A DNA stretch of 64,000 nucleotides, taken from NCBI GenBank assembly GCA_041641305.1, contig JBEPYN010000001.1, forward strand, positions 512,001 through 576,000, written 5' to 3'. Shown here one piece after another: positions 29,175 through 40,152 of this stretch. The DNA is from Nitrososphaerota archaeon. Lineage in GTDB: Archaea; Thermoproteota; Nitrososphaeria_A; Caldarchaeales; Caldarchaeaceae. The position numbers and the translations under genes were made by a program. Below the pieces are notes generated by a model that was not told where the DNA came from, did not search any database, and was given only the letters and a program-made list of their open reading frames with translations. Within the stretch, counting starts at the first letter, position 1. Each line of letters opens with the position of its first letter.

Positions 29175-29249
29175 AGCGGGGTAGGGTAGCCAGGTTAACC
29201 CGCCGGGCTCATAACCCGGAGATCGGTGGTTCAAGTCCACCCCCCGCTA
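29175..29249 (+). tRNA. Initiator tRNA-Met(CAT)
   Basis: AGCGGGG...CCCCGCT with A1-U72; anticodon arm CCGGG-CTCATAA-CCCGG with consecutive G-C pairs. Confidence 0.95.
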
Positions 29250-29384
29250 AGTTATCCCTAGCGGGTGACGCTAGCTATAAACAAAATTTGCTAAACAATT
29301 GGTTGATGTCTCCATCCCCCTGTCCGCTATCGTCTTCATGCCGCATGAGCCTGGCCCAAGCCATCATCATCTAGAACAGATAGT

Positions 29385-29996
29385 TTATGGGGTGTATCCT
29401 AGCGCGGCTTTTTGGTCGAAGAGTTTTGCGCATGAGTTGCAGCATAGGTAGTATTCGTGTTCTTCTATCGTCCTCTTTATTGGACGCCCCTCTATCTCTT
29501 TGCCGCATATTATGCAGAATATTCTTATGCCTGTTCCGGGTTTGAGCCGTGGCCCGGGCTCGTCTTTGACCACGTTTACCACGATGTTTGTTTTTATCCC
29601 CTGTATGCCGTTGAGGGTTGAGAGCTTGCTGGCGATGAAGTCGTCCAGCTCGGCGTAGCTCTGGACTGAGAGCCTCACGAGTAGGTCGTGTTCTCCAACT
29701 GTGCGGTAGACGCCCAGAACCTCGTCAATGTTCCGCAGCTTCTCCACGACAGCCGCTATGTCTGATGGCTTGACGCTTAACCCTATGAAGATGTCATAGC
29801 CTGTCACACGTTTCGGGTTGAGCAATATCGTGAAACGCTGTATCACACCCTCTTTCACGAGCCTGTTGAGCCTCTGCCTCGCCGTGGGGACGCTGACCCT
29901 GGCTTTACGCGCAAGCTTGCTGACGGGTATTCTGCCATCCTCCTGAAGTATGGCCAGTATTCGGTAGTCTATCTGGTCCAGCTCCAAGGCATCCAT
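29385..29996 (-). CDS. copR: Lrp/AsnC regulator with C-terminal TRASH domain (archaeal copper regulator)
   Basis: LDQIDYRILAILQEDGR HTH; CIICGKEI...YYLCCNSC. Confidence 0.85.
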   Translation of the reverse strand: MDALELDQIDYRILAILQEDGRIPVSKLARKARVSVPTARQRLNRLVKEGVIQRFTILLNPKRVTGYDIFIGLSVKPSDIAAVVEKLRNIDEVLGVYRTVGEHDLLVRLSVQSYAELDDFIASKLSTLNGIQGIKTNIVVNVVKDEPGPRLKPGTGIRIFCIICGKEIEGRPIKRTIEEHEYYLCCNSCAKLFDQKAALGYTP

Positions 29997-30026
29997 TTAT
30001 CCACGGCCATCCCGTATATAGTTTGT

Positions 30027-30248
30027 CTATCCGCCCAGTCTGCGCTTTAGACGCGGCAGTAGAAGGGGCATGGATACGATGAATGAGATTGTGAAGAACC
30101 ATACAGCGCCTATCGCTATGTCCAGGAAATTGTATGTGCCGATTAGTGTGGCCGCGGCTATGAACAGGGCTGTTGTAGCAGTCGCCGATGCTAGACATGA
30201 GCCGAGCATGAGTACCGTGCGATATCTCTTCGACATCTCTTTTCTCAC
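30027..30248 (-). CDS. Small two-TM protein in the copper operon
   Basis: 73 aa, overlaps the copA stop. Confidence 0.6.
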   Translation of the reverse strand: MRKEMSKRYRTVLMLGSCLASATATTALFIAAATLIGTYNFLDIAIGAVWFFTISFIVSMPLLLPRLKRRLGG

Positions 30249-32782
30249 CTCATCATGGGCTTGACCCTTGTGAGCGTCAAGCTGTTGAGTGTGACGGAGA
30301 CGCTGCTCAGGGCCATAAGCAGCGCGGCCAGCTCAGGGCTCACAATGAATCCTGTCGCGGGGTAGAGAGCGCCGGCAGCTATTGGGATGGCTGCGGCATT
30401 GTATCCAAACGCCCAGAGAAGGTTCTGCTTAATCTTCTGCATTGTCTTCCTGCTCAAGTGTATCGCGTTAACGACGTCGCGGAGGTCGTCTTTGACGAGG
30501 ACGATTTTGCCCGCCTCCATCGCTATGTCTGTGCCGCTTCCCAACGCTATTCCAACATCTGCCTGTGTGAGCGCCGGTGCGTCGTTTATGCCGTCGCCGA
30601 CGAAGCCGACCCTTTTACCCTCTTGCTGTAGCTTCTTCACCTCCTCCGCCTTTTCGCCGGGAAGCACCTCCGCCAAGACACGTGTAATCCCCAGCTGCCT
30701 CGCTATCGCACGCGCTGTCCGCTCGTTGTCTCCCGTGAGCATGGCGACCTCCACGCCCATGTCCCGGAGAGCTTTCACAGCATCAGCCGAGTTCTCCTTC
30801 AGCGTGTCGGCCACGGCCACAAGCCCAAGTGGGGCACCGTCGTAGGCAACTATCATCACAGTTTTACCCTCATCCTCCAACATCCGTATACTCTCCTCAA
30901 GCTCAGCAACATCCACACCATATCTCTCCATCAGCTTCCTATTCCCCACAAGTATCGTTTTTCCACCATAAGATGCTCGGACACCATGGCCCGGGATTGC
31001 CTCAAACTCCTCCGGCTCCGGTATCTCGAGACCAAGCATCCTCGCATGCTCCACTATTGCCTGCGCAAGCGGGTGCTCTGAACGTGTCTCCGCTATAGCC
31101 GCTATCAGTAGTAGGTCCCGCTCATCCTCGATTGGACGCGGGTTGGCAAACATCTTGATAGCAGGTTTCTGCAAAACCAGGTCGGTGACCGAGGGCTTAC
31201 CCCTTGTAAGCGTCCCAGTCTTATCGAAAATTATCACGTCAAGCTTGTGGCATATCTCCAAGGCGGCTCCATCGCGTATGAGTATGCCGTTCTCCGCTGC
31301 TTTCCCTGTACCTATCATTACAGCCGCTGGTGTGGCCATGCCTACGGCGCATGGACATGCTATGACGAGTATTGATGTTGCTATGATGAGTGCGAATATT
31401 CCTGCTGTCGTGTCTGGGGCCACGATTCTCCAGAACCCGGCCCACATCTCTCCACCGCGTGGAACAAAGTAGAGCTGGTGGCCTGCGAAGAACCAGAAGG
31501 CGAAGGCAAGCATCGAGATTATTAGTGAGGCTGTTATGAAGTGGCCTGCAACCCAGTCGGCCAGCCTCTGAATCGGGAGCTTCGTCTGCTGCGCCTCCTC
31601 CACCATCTTAACTATCTGGGCCAGCGCCGTGTCTTTCCCAACCTTCGTAGCTCTAACCTTCAGGAACCCTGTCTTATTCACAGTGGCGCCTATAACCTCA
31701 TCCCCAACCTTCTTTTCTACGGGTATGCTTTCGCCGGTGATCATGGACTGGTCGACAGAGGAGTAGCCCTCTATCACCACACCATCTACGGGAATTTTTT
31801 CGCCAGGTCTCACGAGGACTGTATCCCCTATTTGAACCTCGTCCGCAGGTATCTCTATCTCCTCGCCGTCCCTTATCACCCGCGCCGTCAAGGGCTTAAG
31901 CTCCATCAACCTTCTGACGGCCTCTGATGTCCTCCCTCTCGCAACTGTCTCCATCAACCTGCCCAGCACTATGAACGCTACTAGGAGGGCGACTTCCTTG
32001 AACCATGTTGGGAGACCTGGTGCGAGAGGGTAGAAGGCGTGAACAGAGCTGAATATGTATGCGGAGCCTATTCCTACGGCGTAGAGAAGGTTCATGTCAG
32101 CTGCGCCATGCATGAGGCTGCGGGCTGACCTGATGAAGAACTGTCTCGCCGGACCAAAGACAGCTATCGACGTAAGTATGAAGAGGAACAGCGGGCTCCC
32201 GAAAAACTCGGGAAGAGGTATGTATGGGACGAGGCGTTTGCTTAACTCTCCTAAAACCGCAATCGCCGCTATTGGCGCCGCTATTGCGAGGTTAATCATC
32301 TGGCTACGTATCTCGCGCTGCCTCTCCTGCTTCTCCCGCTCCGCCGCCGTCTCCGCTGAAACCTCCTCCCCCGCATCATAGCCAACACCCTTAACAGCCT
32401 TGATGAGAGCCTGCTTGCTTGTGCCAGGTAACGCATTTACAACAGCCCTTCCAGTCATAAGGTTAACCGAGACATCTACAACACCCTCGACCTCCTTCAA
32501 AGCGTTCTCAACACTCTGAACACATGAAGCACAGTGCATACCGCGCACAGTCAGCACAATGTGGTCCTTGAGAACCCTATACCCAATATCGTTGATCGCC
32601 CTCTCCATATCAGACAGGCTCACACGCGTCGGGTCATACTCAACAGAAGCACGCGAGGCAGCAAAGTTAACGCTCACATTATGCACACCGTCGAGGCTCT
32701 TGAGCATGCTCTCTACACTCTGTGCACAAGAGGCGCAGTGCATGCCACCAATCTGGAGAACAACCCTGCGACGCTCAGCCAA
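30245..32782 (-). CDS. copA: Cu(I)-exporting P1B ATPase
   Basis: Two GMHCASC HMA domains, TGES, CPC, DKTGT, HP, GDGIND, YN and MxxSS. Confidence 0.95.
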   Translation of the reverse strand: MAERRRVVLQIGGMHCASCAQSVESMLKSLDGVHNVSVNFAASRASVEYDPTRVSLSDMERAINDIGYRVLKDHIVLTVRGMHCASCVQSVENALKEVEGVVDVSVNLMTGRAVVNALPGTSKQALIKAVKGVGYDAGEEVSAETAAEREKQERQREIRSQMINLAIAAPIAAIAVLGELSKRLVPYIPLPEFFGSPLFLFILTSIAVFGPARQFFIRSARSLMHGAADMNLLYAVGIGSAYIFSSVHAFYPLAPGLPTWFKEVALLVAFIVLGRLMETVARGRTSEAVRRLMELKPLTARVIRDGEEIEIPADEVQIGDTVLVRPGEKIPVDGVVIEGYSSVDQSMITGESIPVEKKVGDEVIGATVNKTGFLKVRATKVGKDTALAQIVKMVEEAQQTKLPIQRLADWVAGHFITASLIISMLAFAFWFFAGHQLYFVPRGGEMWAGFWRIVAPDTTAGIFALIIATSILVIACPCAVGMATPAAVMIGTGKAAENGILIRDGAALEICHKLDVIIFDKTGTLTRGKPSVTDLVLQKPAIKMFANPRPIEDERDLLLIAAIAETRSEHPLAQAIVEHARMLGLEIPEPEEFEAIPGHGVRASYGGKTILVGNRKLMERYGVDVAELEESIRMLEDEGKTVMIVAYDGAPLGLVAVADTLKENSADAVKALRDMGVEVAMLTGDNERTARAIARQLGITRVLAEVLPGEKAEEVKKLQQEGKRVGFVGDGINDAPALTQADVGIALGSGTDIAMEAGKIVLVKDDLRDVVNAIHLSRKTMQKIKQNLLWAFGYNAAAIPIAAGALYPATGFIVSPELAALLMALSSVSVTLNSLTLTRVKPMMR

Positions 32783-32829
32783 ACACCATCACCTGCGACA
32801 ACAAAAAAGGTGGGTAGGAGGGCGCGTCT

Positions 32830-32997
32830 CTAGTGGCTGTGCGCTTCCTTCATGTATTTGTGGGGGGTTTTCTCAAACTCTCTCTTGCAGCCCTCGGCGC
32901 AGAAGTAGAAAACCCTCCCCCCATGCTCAGACTTGTACTTGGCGGTTGCGGGGTCTATCTCCATGCCGCAAACAGGGTCAACCACTTTCCCAGCCAT
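32830..32997 (-). CDS. YHS/TRASH copper chaperone (55 aa, not in ORF track)
   Basis: MAGKVVDPVCGMEIDPATAKYKSEHGGRVFYFCAEGCKREFEKTPHKY. Confidence 0.9.
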   Translation of the reverse strand: MAGKVVDPVCGMEIDPATAKYKSEHGGRVFYFCAEGCKREFEKTPHKYMKEAHSH

Positions 32998-33235
32998 ATC
33001 CCATCAACCAATACAAGCAATTGCCGAAATTATAATATTCGCATACATAAAAAGAAACAAAACAACAAAAGAACTTTCCGAAAAAGAGGACATCGACTTC
33101 ACGATGTAATAAAAGAAAAAAAGATGTGGCGGTTCTTTCTAATCCGCTCCATGTTAGAGGACATTCGGCAACCATGAGAATCTTTTTGTAAACCTTTTTT
33201 ACCAACACCTCTTTACTACTAATAGGTAGACCCAA

Positions 33236-33466
33236 TTGGCCGAGTACGTAACAGTTTCCACAAAAGTCAAGAAGAAACTGAAGGAGGAGGCGGAACGCCT
33301 CGGTGTCAAGGTATCCGAGGTACTCAGAAATGCCTTGGAACAGGAGGTGAGAAGACGACAGCTTGAGGAGCTTGAGAAAAAACTCGAAAACCTCGGCACG
33401 GTCCTCGATAAACTCGACATAGACAGAATAGCTCGGCTGATCCGGGAAGACAGGAAATTCAGGTGA
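33236..33466 (+). CDS. vapB: VapB-type ribbon-helix-helix antitoxin
   Basis: YVTVSTKV..LKEEAERLGVKVSEVLRNALE..IREDR; directly upstream of a PIN gene. Confidence 0.85.
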   Translation: MAEYVTVSTKVKKKLKEEAERLGVKVSEVLRNALEQEVRRRQLEELEKKLENLGTVLDKLDIDRIARLIREDRKFR

Positions 33467-33473
33467 AAACTGA

Positions 33474-33872
33474 ATGGGAAATCTTCTATTCGACGCATCC
33501 TCCCTAGTATATTTGTTAAAACTTAGGAATCTAAAACCACTCAACCAAAACCATATACAATGGTTAACTGTCTACGAAGTTGCCAACGCATTGTGGAAAG
33601 AGACATTCTCGATAGGCGGCATAAGCGTTGATGAGGCGCGTAAAATCATAGATGTTCTGAGAGGCATTATTGATGTTATCAACGTGCTAGGTCCACATTC
33701 TCACGAACGCGAAATCCTTGAGACAGCGGGTGAACTGGGGATTACAGCCTATGATGCGTCATACATCGTTTTGGCTAAGGTTAATGGATTATCCCTGGTT
33801 ACAGAGGACGCTGAGTTGAGGGATAAAGCGAAAAGAATGATTGAAGTGTTTAGTGTGAGCGAAATATTGTAA
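33474..33872 (+). CDS. vapC: VapC PIN-domain toxin
   Basis: FDASS, YEVANALWK, ITAYDASY, LVTED. Confidence 0.9.
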   Translation: MGNLLFDASSLVYLLKLRNLKPLNQNHIQWLTVYEVANALWKETFSIGGISVDEARKIIDVLRGIIDVINVLGPHSHEREILETAGELGITAYDASYIVLAKVNGLSLVTEDAELRDKAKRMIEVFSVSEIL

Positions 33873-34389
33873 CCTGAAATTTTTTCGCAAGATCTTGCAC
33901 ATCCTCTTTGATTATGTTGGCTAGGGTTGTTAGTGTTTTGGCTGCTGTTTGGTTGGTTGGTTTGGCGAGGCGCAGTGTTGGGAGGAGATGTGTGTTCAGG
34001 AATCTGGTTAGGAGGCGCCAGAGTCTATCGGCTTCTCTCTCGTCTGTCAACTGCTTCACGTAGGCATCTATTGCGAGACGTGCCGCGAAAGCCGCCATGG
34101 TCAACAGACTGTCTGCAGTCTCCGGGACCTCGTAACCAGCCTGTGTCATGAAAGCCTTAACATGTTGTCGCAGCTGGTTTCTAGACGCTGGCGGCAGGTC
34201 GGTTCTAACCGCTGAGGCCGTGAGTGTTCCTATGTATTTGACCAGCTCATAGTCTGACTTGGGAACCTCCACCCCAACGGCCTCCAAAAACTCTGCAACC
34301 TCTACGGGAACCTCTTCGCCGCTGGAAATGTACCGGAGCATGACGTATATGGAGACATAGAGGTTGGCTCGTTGGAAGGCGTCGTCCAT
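33850..34389 (-). CDS. TorD/DmsD-like molybdoenzyme chaperone
   Basis: Last gene of the operon; PETADSL..FLNTHL resemble TorD motifs. Confidence 0.55.
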   Translation of the reverse strand: MDDAFQRANLYVSIYVMLRYISSGEEVPVEVAEFLEAVGVEVPKSDYELVKYIGTLTASAVRTDLPPASRNQLRQHVKAFMTQAGYEVPETADSLLTMAAFAARLAIDAYVKQLTDEREADRLWRLLTRFLNTHLLPTLRLAKPTNQTAAKTLTTLANIIKEDVQDLAKKFQVTIFRSH

Positions 34390-34394
34390 GTCTT

Positions 34395-37300
34395 TCACCA
34401 GACTACGCGATGTGGCTGGATTCTGTGGACGCGGCCTGTTTTCACAACTTTGACAGGGTTGCTGTAGTATGACTGTCCAGAGCCGAGCCACGATAGCATG
34501 GGCCAGTTGCCGATGGACGGGTCGCCTAACTCAACCGGGTTGGGTGAAACACCGTTGAACCGCCACTCGTCCACCGCGAGACCTTTCTCAAAATATTCAG
34601 CGGGCCTGTGGGTGAATAGTATCTTTTTAGCGATAGGTGGTAGGTGTTTCACGGGGTTGACGGCTGTCTCCGGTATCTCCACTTTATCGGGAAGGCTTGC
34701 AGCAATTTCCCCGCCGTTTTTGAGGCTGAAGTAACTGGGTTTAACGACCAAGGTCTCAGCCCATCTTCCCATTCCATAAGGCACTGCGACCACACCCCTG
34801 GCAATTGAGGCGGTGACAACCGCCGGGGCCTCAATACTTCCCTCCGGGCTCTCAACCAACACAACATCGCCTGTCTTCACTCCAAGCATAGCCGCATCCT
34901 CCCTATTGATCAGTACAAAGTTTTCGGGAAGAATCGATTTAATCCAGTAGTAGTTGCCGCTTCGATGCTTCGTGTAAAGTGGGCCTGATTCGAAGACGAG
35001 TTTGAGCGGATACTGCGACTGTGGGTAAAGCTCTTCAAGAGGTGTTCCGGCGAAGCTTAGCGACTTTAATCCTCCGACCGGGGCGTAGGTAGCCGGCTCA
35101 AAGTATGCGGGGCCTCCCCAAAACTTCTTTCCCGTGATGCTGTTACGTGTTTTCGCCAGCTTCTCATTCCACAGCAACAGAACACCTGTGCCGGGCACGC
35201 TTCTCTTCGAGAAGCCTTTTTCGTTGAAAGAGTCCTCGTATCTTGTGAAGACACCGCCTCTGGCCAGGCAATAGGCCGCTGCCTGCCACTCGTCCTCTGG
35301 GAGAATGTCCTTGAACTTGGCTATTGGATAGTTTTGCTCGACGAACCTAACATCTTCGACGGGAATCTCCTTGGGGAGGATTCCTCTGTCTTTGGCGCTT
35401 ATTCCGCCGTTTGCGAAGACTCGTAGAATGTAGTCCCAGAAGCTGTGAAGTGGGAACCATTTTCCGTCATATTTTTTATCCTTGACCCCTGGGATGCCTT
35501 TTTCCCCGAACCCGGGTGCTTTTAGTGCTTTGCCAACGTCGATGAAGAACTCCCACATAGATGCGTAACGTGGTTTCCCGTCGGGTGAATCGTTTATCCT
35601 CTGTGTAAGAGGCATGATTGCCGGCGACCTCCATGCCTCGGCTATGTACCTGCCCATGCCTCCGCTGTAGAGAAACTGAACACCGTTTGTACCTGTCTCG
35701 AGGTATGTTGTGTCTGGGACAAGGTAGTCGGCGTAGAGATAGGTCTCGTTGATGGTGGTTGTTATGCCGATGAAGAGAGGCAGCTTCTTGGTGTCGCGTA
35801 GCACTTCCGTGAACTTCAGTCCTTTGTTCGCCGAGAGCACTGGGTTGGCGAAGTAGAGTATGAGAGCCATGATTGGGTAGGGGTATGCAAGGTCTATTCC
35901 TGCGAAGAGCTCTGTGTAGCTCTCCTCGGGGCTGAACGGATACCACGGCCTCTTAGCCGGATACGGGTTCTCACCCGACTTCACCTTTCTGTAATACATT
36001 ATGGTTTTTTCGTACTCGGCTCTGTGTCTGTCGATTGGCGGCCCCCAGCTTATCGGCTCGCCGAAACCGCTTGCCGACAAGTTGTATAGATAGCTGTTGT
36101 ATGATGTGAGGGATGGCCGTGCCAGCAGCCCACCACTCCTGTGGAAGTTTCCCACTAGGATGTCGAGGCTCCTAATGGCCCAGACGGTGTATTCTCCGTT
36201 TGGATGCTGGGCAACCCCTCTGTGTATGTAGGTGGCCGCCCGTGGGGCAGCCTCCCCAAAATCCCTCGCCATCTCCTGTATCGTCTGAACAGGTATCCCG
36301 CATATGCGCGACCATTCCTCAACTGTTTTGCTGAAGACCGTCTCCTTGAACACGGTGAATACTGTTTTGACCGTTACCTCCTCGCCTGAGGCGAGTTTGA
36401 CCTTACCAGTGAACTCGAGGTCGGCCCTGTCAACAGAGTCATATGGGATAATCTCTTCACCAGCTTTGACAAGTGGTTTGTTGTCGCCGCCGATGCCGAG
36501 CATCGTGTCTGTAAGATGCGAGCCATAAAGGCTGTGATTCTCCTCCATGACCACTAGCCATGTGGCGTTGCTGTGGTAGGGATAGCCGAGCTTCTCGGCG
36601 GCTTTCTTAGACGGAGCCTCGAGGAACGCCTGGTTTATCCACCCGTTCTTTATCAGGAGCTGCGCTACGGCAAGGGCCCATGCGGCGTCCGTTCCAGGTT
36701 TAACGGGCACCCAGACGATGTTTTTCCGAGCCGCTGTTCTAGGGGCCAGAGGGTTGATGTAGTAAATCTTTAATCCGTTTTCCGCGGCTTTCTCAATAAG
36801 GGATCCCTGCCCTGTCGCACCTGGATGAACCCTGCCCATGGCTGCCCCTGCCATGAGAATGACTTTTGAACCCATTACGTCGGGGTTGATGTCATAGTAA
36901 CCTGACCACAGGTAGTTTCCGGTGTAGAATGCGAGCTGACACGCTGATGTGTGTCTCATCCAGTTAACGCTGCCAAAAGCTTTGATGAACCTGTTTGTGA
37001 AGGTGTCGGCGTTGTCCTGTCCACGGCCTCTCATGAATACAAGCATGTTGGCTTTTGTTCCGAGGTCAGGGTTTTCGGGGTCGATCAACACATCCTCCAG
37101 CCTAAGCCCCTTCTCACCCAAAATCTTGCTCCATTTTTCCTTGAAGCTTGTAAGAAGCGCCTCAAACTCTTCCATTGTTACTTTTTTGTCGGCAGCCTTT
37201 GCTACGAGCTCGTCCACATCTTTCTTGAGAGAAGATAGTATATCGTATGGGTTATCGAACCCTGCGTCCCGGAGAAGGCCGTAGACAAATATCTGCCGAA

Positions 37301-37841
37301 GCCCTGGCAGCCTCTCACCCGTCTCTTCGATAACTCCTCCGTCGACCACTTCGTTGATAAGCTGCTCCCATGAGATCTCCTTCCATTTTCCACGGCCCCT
37401 CGGCCCAGCTCGTTTCAGTGGCCTCGTTATCCTGTACGGGTCGTAGACATAGTGTATACCGTCTTGGCCTCTTGCGCAGAGAGTTCCCGTCACAGTCAGA
37501 GAGTCTGTTACAGGTGTTTGGTAGGTGAGCTCGCTGAAGCGGCTGAGCTGATGGTCTGGCGAGATGGCCCGGTTGTATGGATGGTAGGGGTTGCCCTCTA
37601 TCCTCTCCACCACCTCCATCCCATCGACCGTCGCTACCCTGACCCTGATGCCGCATCTGACGTTGCATCCGAGGCAGCTGGAGTAGACGTATCTCACGCC
37701 TGCTCCGCGGAGTTGGTCAGGGCTGTAGAGCTGGGTTGTTGGCCTAATGATTTTTTCTACTGTTCCCCAGTAACCCGCTAAGAAGACACCCGTCGACGCC
37801 GCCGCCAACACTCCCTTTACCGCTGTTCTCCTACTCACCAA
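34395..37841 (-). CDS. ttrA: Molybdopterin oxidoreductase, tetrathionate reductase subunit A-like
   Basis: Tat signal SRR; CLGCNVRCG..GNPYHP..CARG Fe-S motif; HTSAC; C-terminal molydopterin-binding domain. Confidence 0.8.
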   Translation of the reverse strand: MVSRRTAVKGVLAAASTGVFLAGYWGTVEKIIRPTTQLYSPDQLRGAGVRYVYSSCLGCNVRCGIRVRVATVDGMEVVERIEGNPYHPYNRAISPDHQLSRFSELTYQTPVTDSLTVTGTLCARGQDGIHYVYDPYRITRPLKRAGPRGRGKWKEISWEQLINEVVDGGVIEETGERLPGLRQIFVYGLLRDAGFDNPYDILSSLKKDVDELVAKAADKKVTMEEFEALLTSFKEKWSKILGEKGLRLEDVLIDPENPDLGTKANMLVFMRGRGQDNADTFTNRFIKAFGSVNWMRHTSACQLAFYTGNYLWSGYYDINPDVMGSKVILMAGAAMGRVHPGATGQGSLIEKAAENGLKIYYINPLAPRTAARKNIVWVPVKPGTDAAWALAVAQLLIKNGWINQAFLEAPSKKAAEKLGYPYHSNATWLVVMEENHSLYGSHLTDTMLGIGGDNKPLVKAGEEIIPYDSVDRADLEFTGKVKLASGEEVTVKTVFTVFKETVFSKTVEEWSRICGIPVQTIQEMARDFGEAAPRAATYIHRGVAQHPNGEYTVWAIRSLDILVGNFHRSGGLLARPSLTSYNSYLYNLSASGFGEPISWGPPIDRHRAEYEKTIMYYRKVKSGENPYPAKRPWYPFSPEESYTELFAGIDLAYPYPIMALILYFANPVLSANKGLKFTEVLRDTKKLPLFIGITTTINETYLYADYLVPDTTYLETGTNGVQFLYSGGMGRYIAEAWRSPAIMPLTQRINDSPDGKPRYASMWEFFIDVGKALKAPGFGEKGIPGVKDKKYDGKWFPLHSFWDYILRVFANGGISAKDRGILPKEIPVEDVRFVEQNYPIAKFKDILPEDEWQAAAYCLARGGVFTRYEDSFNEKGFSKRSVPGTGVLLLWNEKLAKTRNSITGKKFWGGPAYFEPATYAPVGGLKSLSFAGTPLEELYPQSQYPLKLVFESGPLYTKHRSGNYYWIKSILPENFVLINREDAAMLGVKTGDVVLVESPEGSIEAPAVVTASIARGVVAVPYGMGRWAETLVVKPSYFSLKNGGEIAASLPDKVEIPETAVNPVKHLPPIAKKILFTHRPAEYFEKGLAVDEWRFNGVSPNPVELGDPSIGNWPMLSWLGSGQSYYSNPVKVVKTGRVHRIQPHRVVW

Positions 37842-38940
37842 CTTCCCTCACCTCCAGAGGAAACAGTATCGAGAGAAATAGGAATAGGGCGACGCCGGCT
37901 GCCACAGGGGCCAGCGTCTCAAGCCACCAGAGTCCATGCAGCTCGGCTTCGAAGAAAGCGAGACCGGTTTTCGAGATGAGCTGGGCGTTTATCAGGATGT
38001 TCCACTTGTTGGCAAACGTGCCCACAAGAGCGACTACCGACACAGCCAAACTTGTCAACGGATAGCGTATGGAAGCCAGCGAGAGAAGGAAGCTTAGAAG
38101 CATCACTATTATCACTAGGTACATCAGCGTGTGGAGCGGCGCCGTCATCTCCGCGAACGATGGAGACCAGAATCCCCAGACAGCTAACTGCAGTCCTGTA
38201 AGAGCAGCCACCGAGATAGAGCCGGCCGCGTGTATCTTCAGCACGGGCACGACGACGTCTCTCTCTAGATTTCTTCCCCGCCAGAAAAAGTAGAAGAGAA
38301 GGAATAGGGCTGTAGCAACCACGAATGTGTCGGCGAAGTACACGACGGGAAGAAGACTCCAGTTTCTCCAGACGGGGTTCCATGTCTGCGCAAGCAGCAT
38401 GGAGGCAGGGTATATACCCCACATCACAAGTGGCACCAGCATAGCTATAGCAACCCCCTTAGCAACCTTCTCAGCAACGGCGTACCTCTCTTTAGTAGAG
38501 ACACCAAGTGAGAAAACTCTGTAAAAAGCGGCTCTGAGACCTTTCGCACTGATTGAGGCCTGATACGAGTAGTAGGAGAATGTTGAGACGGCGAAGACTA
38601 GGGCAAGGATTAGTGCAACGACCCATGCTATCCCTTGGATGGCTATCAACGAAATACCGGGGTTCTGGGCGGTTGCAGCTATGTGCGGGTTGCCGAAAAT
38701 AAGCCACGCTCTCTGCGGGGACCTGAGGTCCGCCAGAGGCCCCAGCAATACGACGGCGAAGAACCCTATGCCCATCATCGTCATCAGCGGAATGGCTTTT
38801 CTCAGCGAACCGGATAGGTATGCGAGGGCTGTGAGGATGAGCAGGTCGGCTCCCGATATGAGCAGTGTGTAGGTGAAGAGAACGGGATGCCAGAGAAGAG
38901 GTTCAGCAGCCTCGTTCGGGAAATAGTATTCCAGCACCAT
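37831..38940 (-). CDS. NrfD/TtrC-type membrane anchor subunit
   Basis: Multi-TM; GPLADLRSPQRAW; lies between the Fe-S and Mo subunits. Confidence 0.8.
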   Translation of the reverse strand: MVLEYYFPNEAAEPLLWHPVLFTYTLLISGADLLILTALAYLSGSLRKAIPLMTMMGIGFFAVVLLGPLADLRSPQRAWLIFGNPHIAATAQNPGISLIAIQGIAWVVALILALVFAVSTFSYYSYQASISAKGLRAAFYRVFSLGVSTKERYAVAEKVAKGVAIAMLVPLVMWGIYPASMLLAQTWNPVWRNWSLLPVVYFADTFVVATALFLLFYFFWRGRNLERDVVVPVLKIHAAGSISVAALTGLQLAVWGFWSPSFAEMTAPLHTLMYLVIIVMLLSFLLSLASIRYPLTSLAVSVVALVGTFANKWNILINAQLISKTGLAFFEAELHGLWWLETLAPVAAGVALFLFLSILFPLEVREVGE

Positions 38941-38942
38941 GG

Positions 38943-39587
38943 CTACCTGTTCACCTCGCTCGGTAAATCAAGATAGAAAATCATGGGCTTTGCCCCTGTC
39001 TCGGGCTTGAGGACCTGAGTTGGCCTACTGTTGATTATTCTCGTCAGCTCGTTATCCTCTGTAAGGGGTCCGAAGACACGGGCTCCTGTTGGGCACGCCT
39101 CTACGCATGCGGGCAACAACCCCTCGGCCAGTCTGTGGCTGCAGAACGTGCACTTATCGGCCACACCTTTGACAGGGTTGATGAAACGTGCTCCATACGG
39201 ACATGCCTTGACGCACGCTCCGCATCCGATGCAGAGGTTGTCGTTGACGAGCACGAGGCCGTCTGATGTGATGAAGGTCGCTTTGGTTGGACACGGTGGA
39301 ACGCATGGAGGGTCGTCGCAGTGGTTGCACTGCTTGGGGATAAATATCCGGGTGCCGTCAGGCTTCTCCAAATACTCAATCCATGTCCTAAAGAAGTCAA
39401 GGGGCACATTATTCTCAGCCGAGCACGCCACCACACAAGCCATGCAGCCGTAACACTTCTCAACATCCATCAACATCGCGTACCGTTTTCCTTGCTCACC
39501 AGTCGCCGACACGGTGAACACCGGCGCTGATAGCAACAAACAGCCGGCAACACCCTTTATGAAATCGCGTCGAGACTGCTCGATCAC
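38943..39587 (-). CDS. ttrB: Four-cluster Fe-S subunit (TtrB/NrfC)
   Basis: Tat SRRDFIK; CYGCMAC, CNHCDDPPC, CIGCGAC, CTFC..PACVEACP. Confidence 0.85.
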   Translation of the reverse strand: MIEQSRRDFIKGVAGCLLLSAPVFTVSATGEQGKRYAMLMDVEKCYGCMACVVACSAENNVPLDFFRTWIEYLEKPDGTRIFIPKQCNHCDDPPCVPPCPTKATFITSDGLVLVNDNLCIGCGACVKACPYGARFINPVKGVADKCTFCSHRLAEGLLPACVEACPTGARVFGPLTEDNELTRIINSRPTQVLKPETGAKPMIFYLDLPSEVNR

Positions 39588-39675
39588 GGATAGTATGCAT
39601 ACACTCGTATAGATAATGGTATCTGTACAAGTATGTACTTTTGTGTGATAGGCATTTACAATATTGTTAATAATC

Positions 39676-40104
39676 CTATCGCTTGGGTTTCTTGACCTCC
39701 CCTGTTACAAGTAGGTCGAGAGGAGCTCCGTTCACCATGGTTACTTTGTATCTGACGCCAGGCAGGTCTCCCATGGATTTGCCCATGGAGCCGCCGATGC
39801 CCTCGACGATTACTTCGTCGTGTTCGTCGACGACGTTGAGGGCCCCGTCTCCGGGCAGGAACGCGGTTATGGCTTTGCTGTTTTTGATGAGCTGGACGCG
39901 GACGCATTTGCGGACGGCCGAGTTGGGCTGACGGGACTCAATCCCTACTTTCTGTATAACTATGCCACGGGCCATGGGAGCGCCCTCCAGCGGGTCCGTT
40001 TTCTCCTTCAGCCGGAGCATCCTTATACGATAGTCTCTCTTCGCCCACCTAAACCTGTTCCTAACCTTTATCAGATGCCTCGCCGCGAACTCTCCGTTAC
40101 CCAT
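39676..40104 (-). CDS. rps12: 30S ribosomal protein uS12
   Basis: [36 protein letters not shown]. Confidence 0.97.
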   Translation of the reverse strand: MGNGEFAARHLIKVRNRFRWAKRDYRIRMLRLKEKTDPLEGAPMARGIVIQKVGIESRQPNSAVRKCVRVQLIKNSKAITAFLPGDGALNVVDEHDEVIVEGIGGSMGKSMGDLPGVRYKVTMVNGAPLDLLVTGEVKKPKR

Positions 40105-40152
40105 ACCGGTCTCCGAGAAACAGCACCGAGCCGGTGTTTAATAAGGTTGAGC

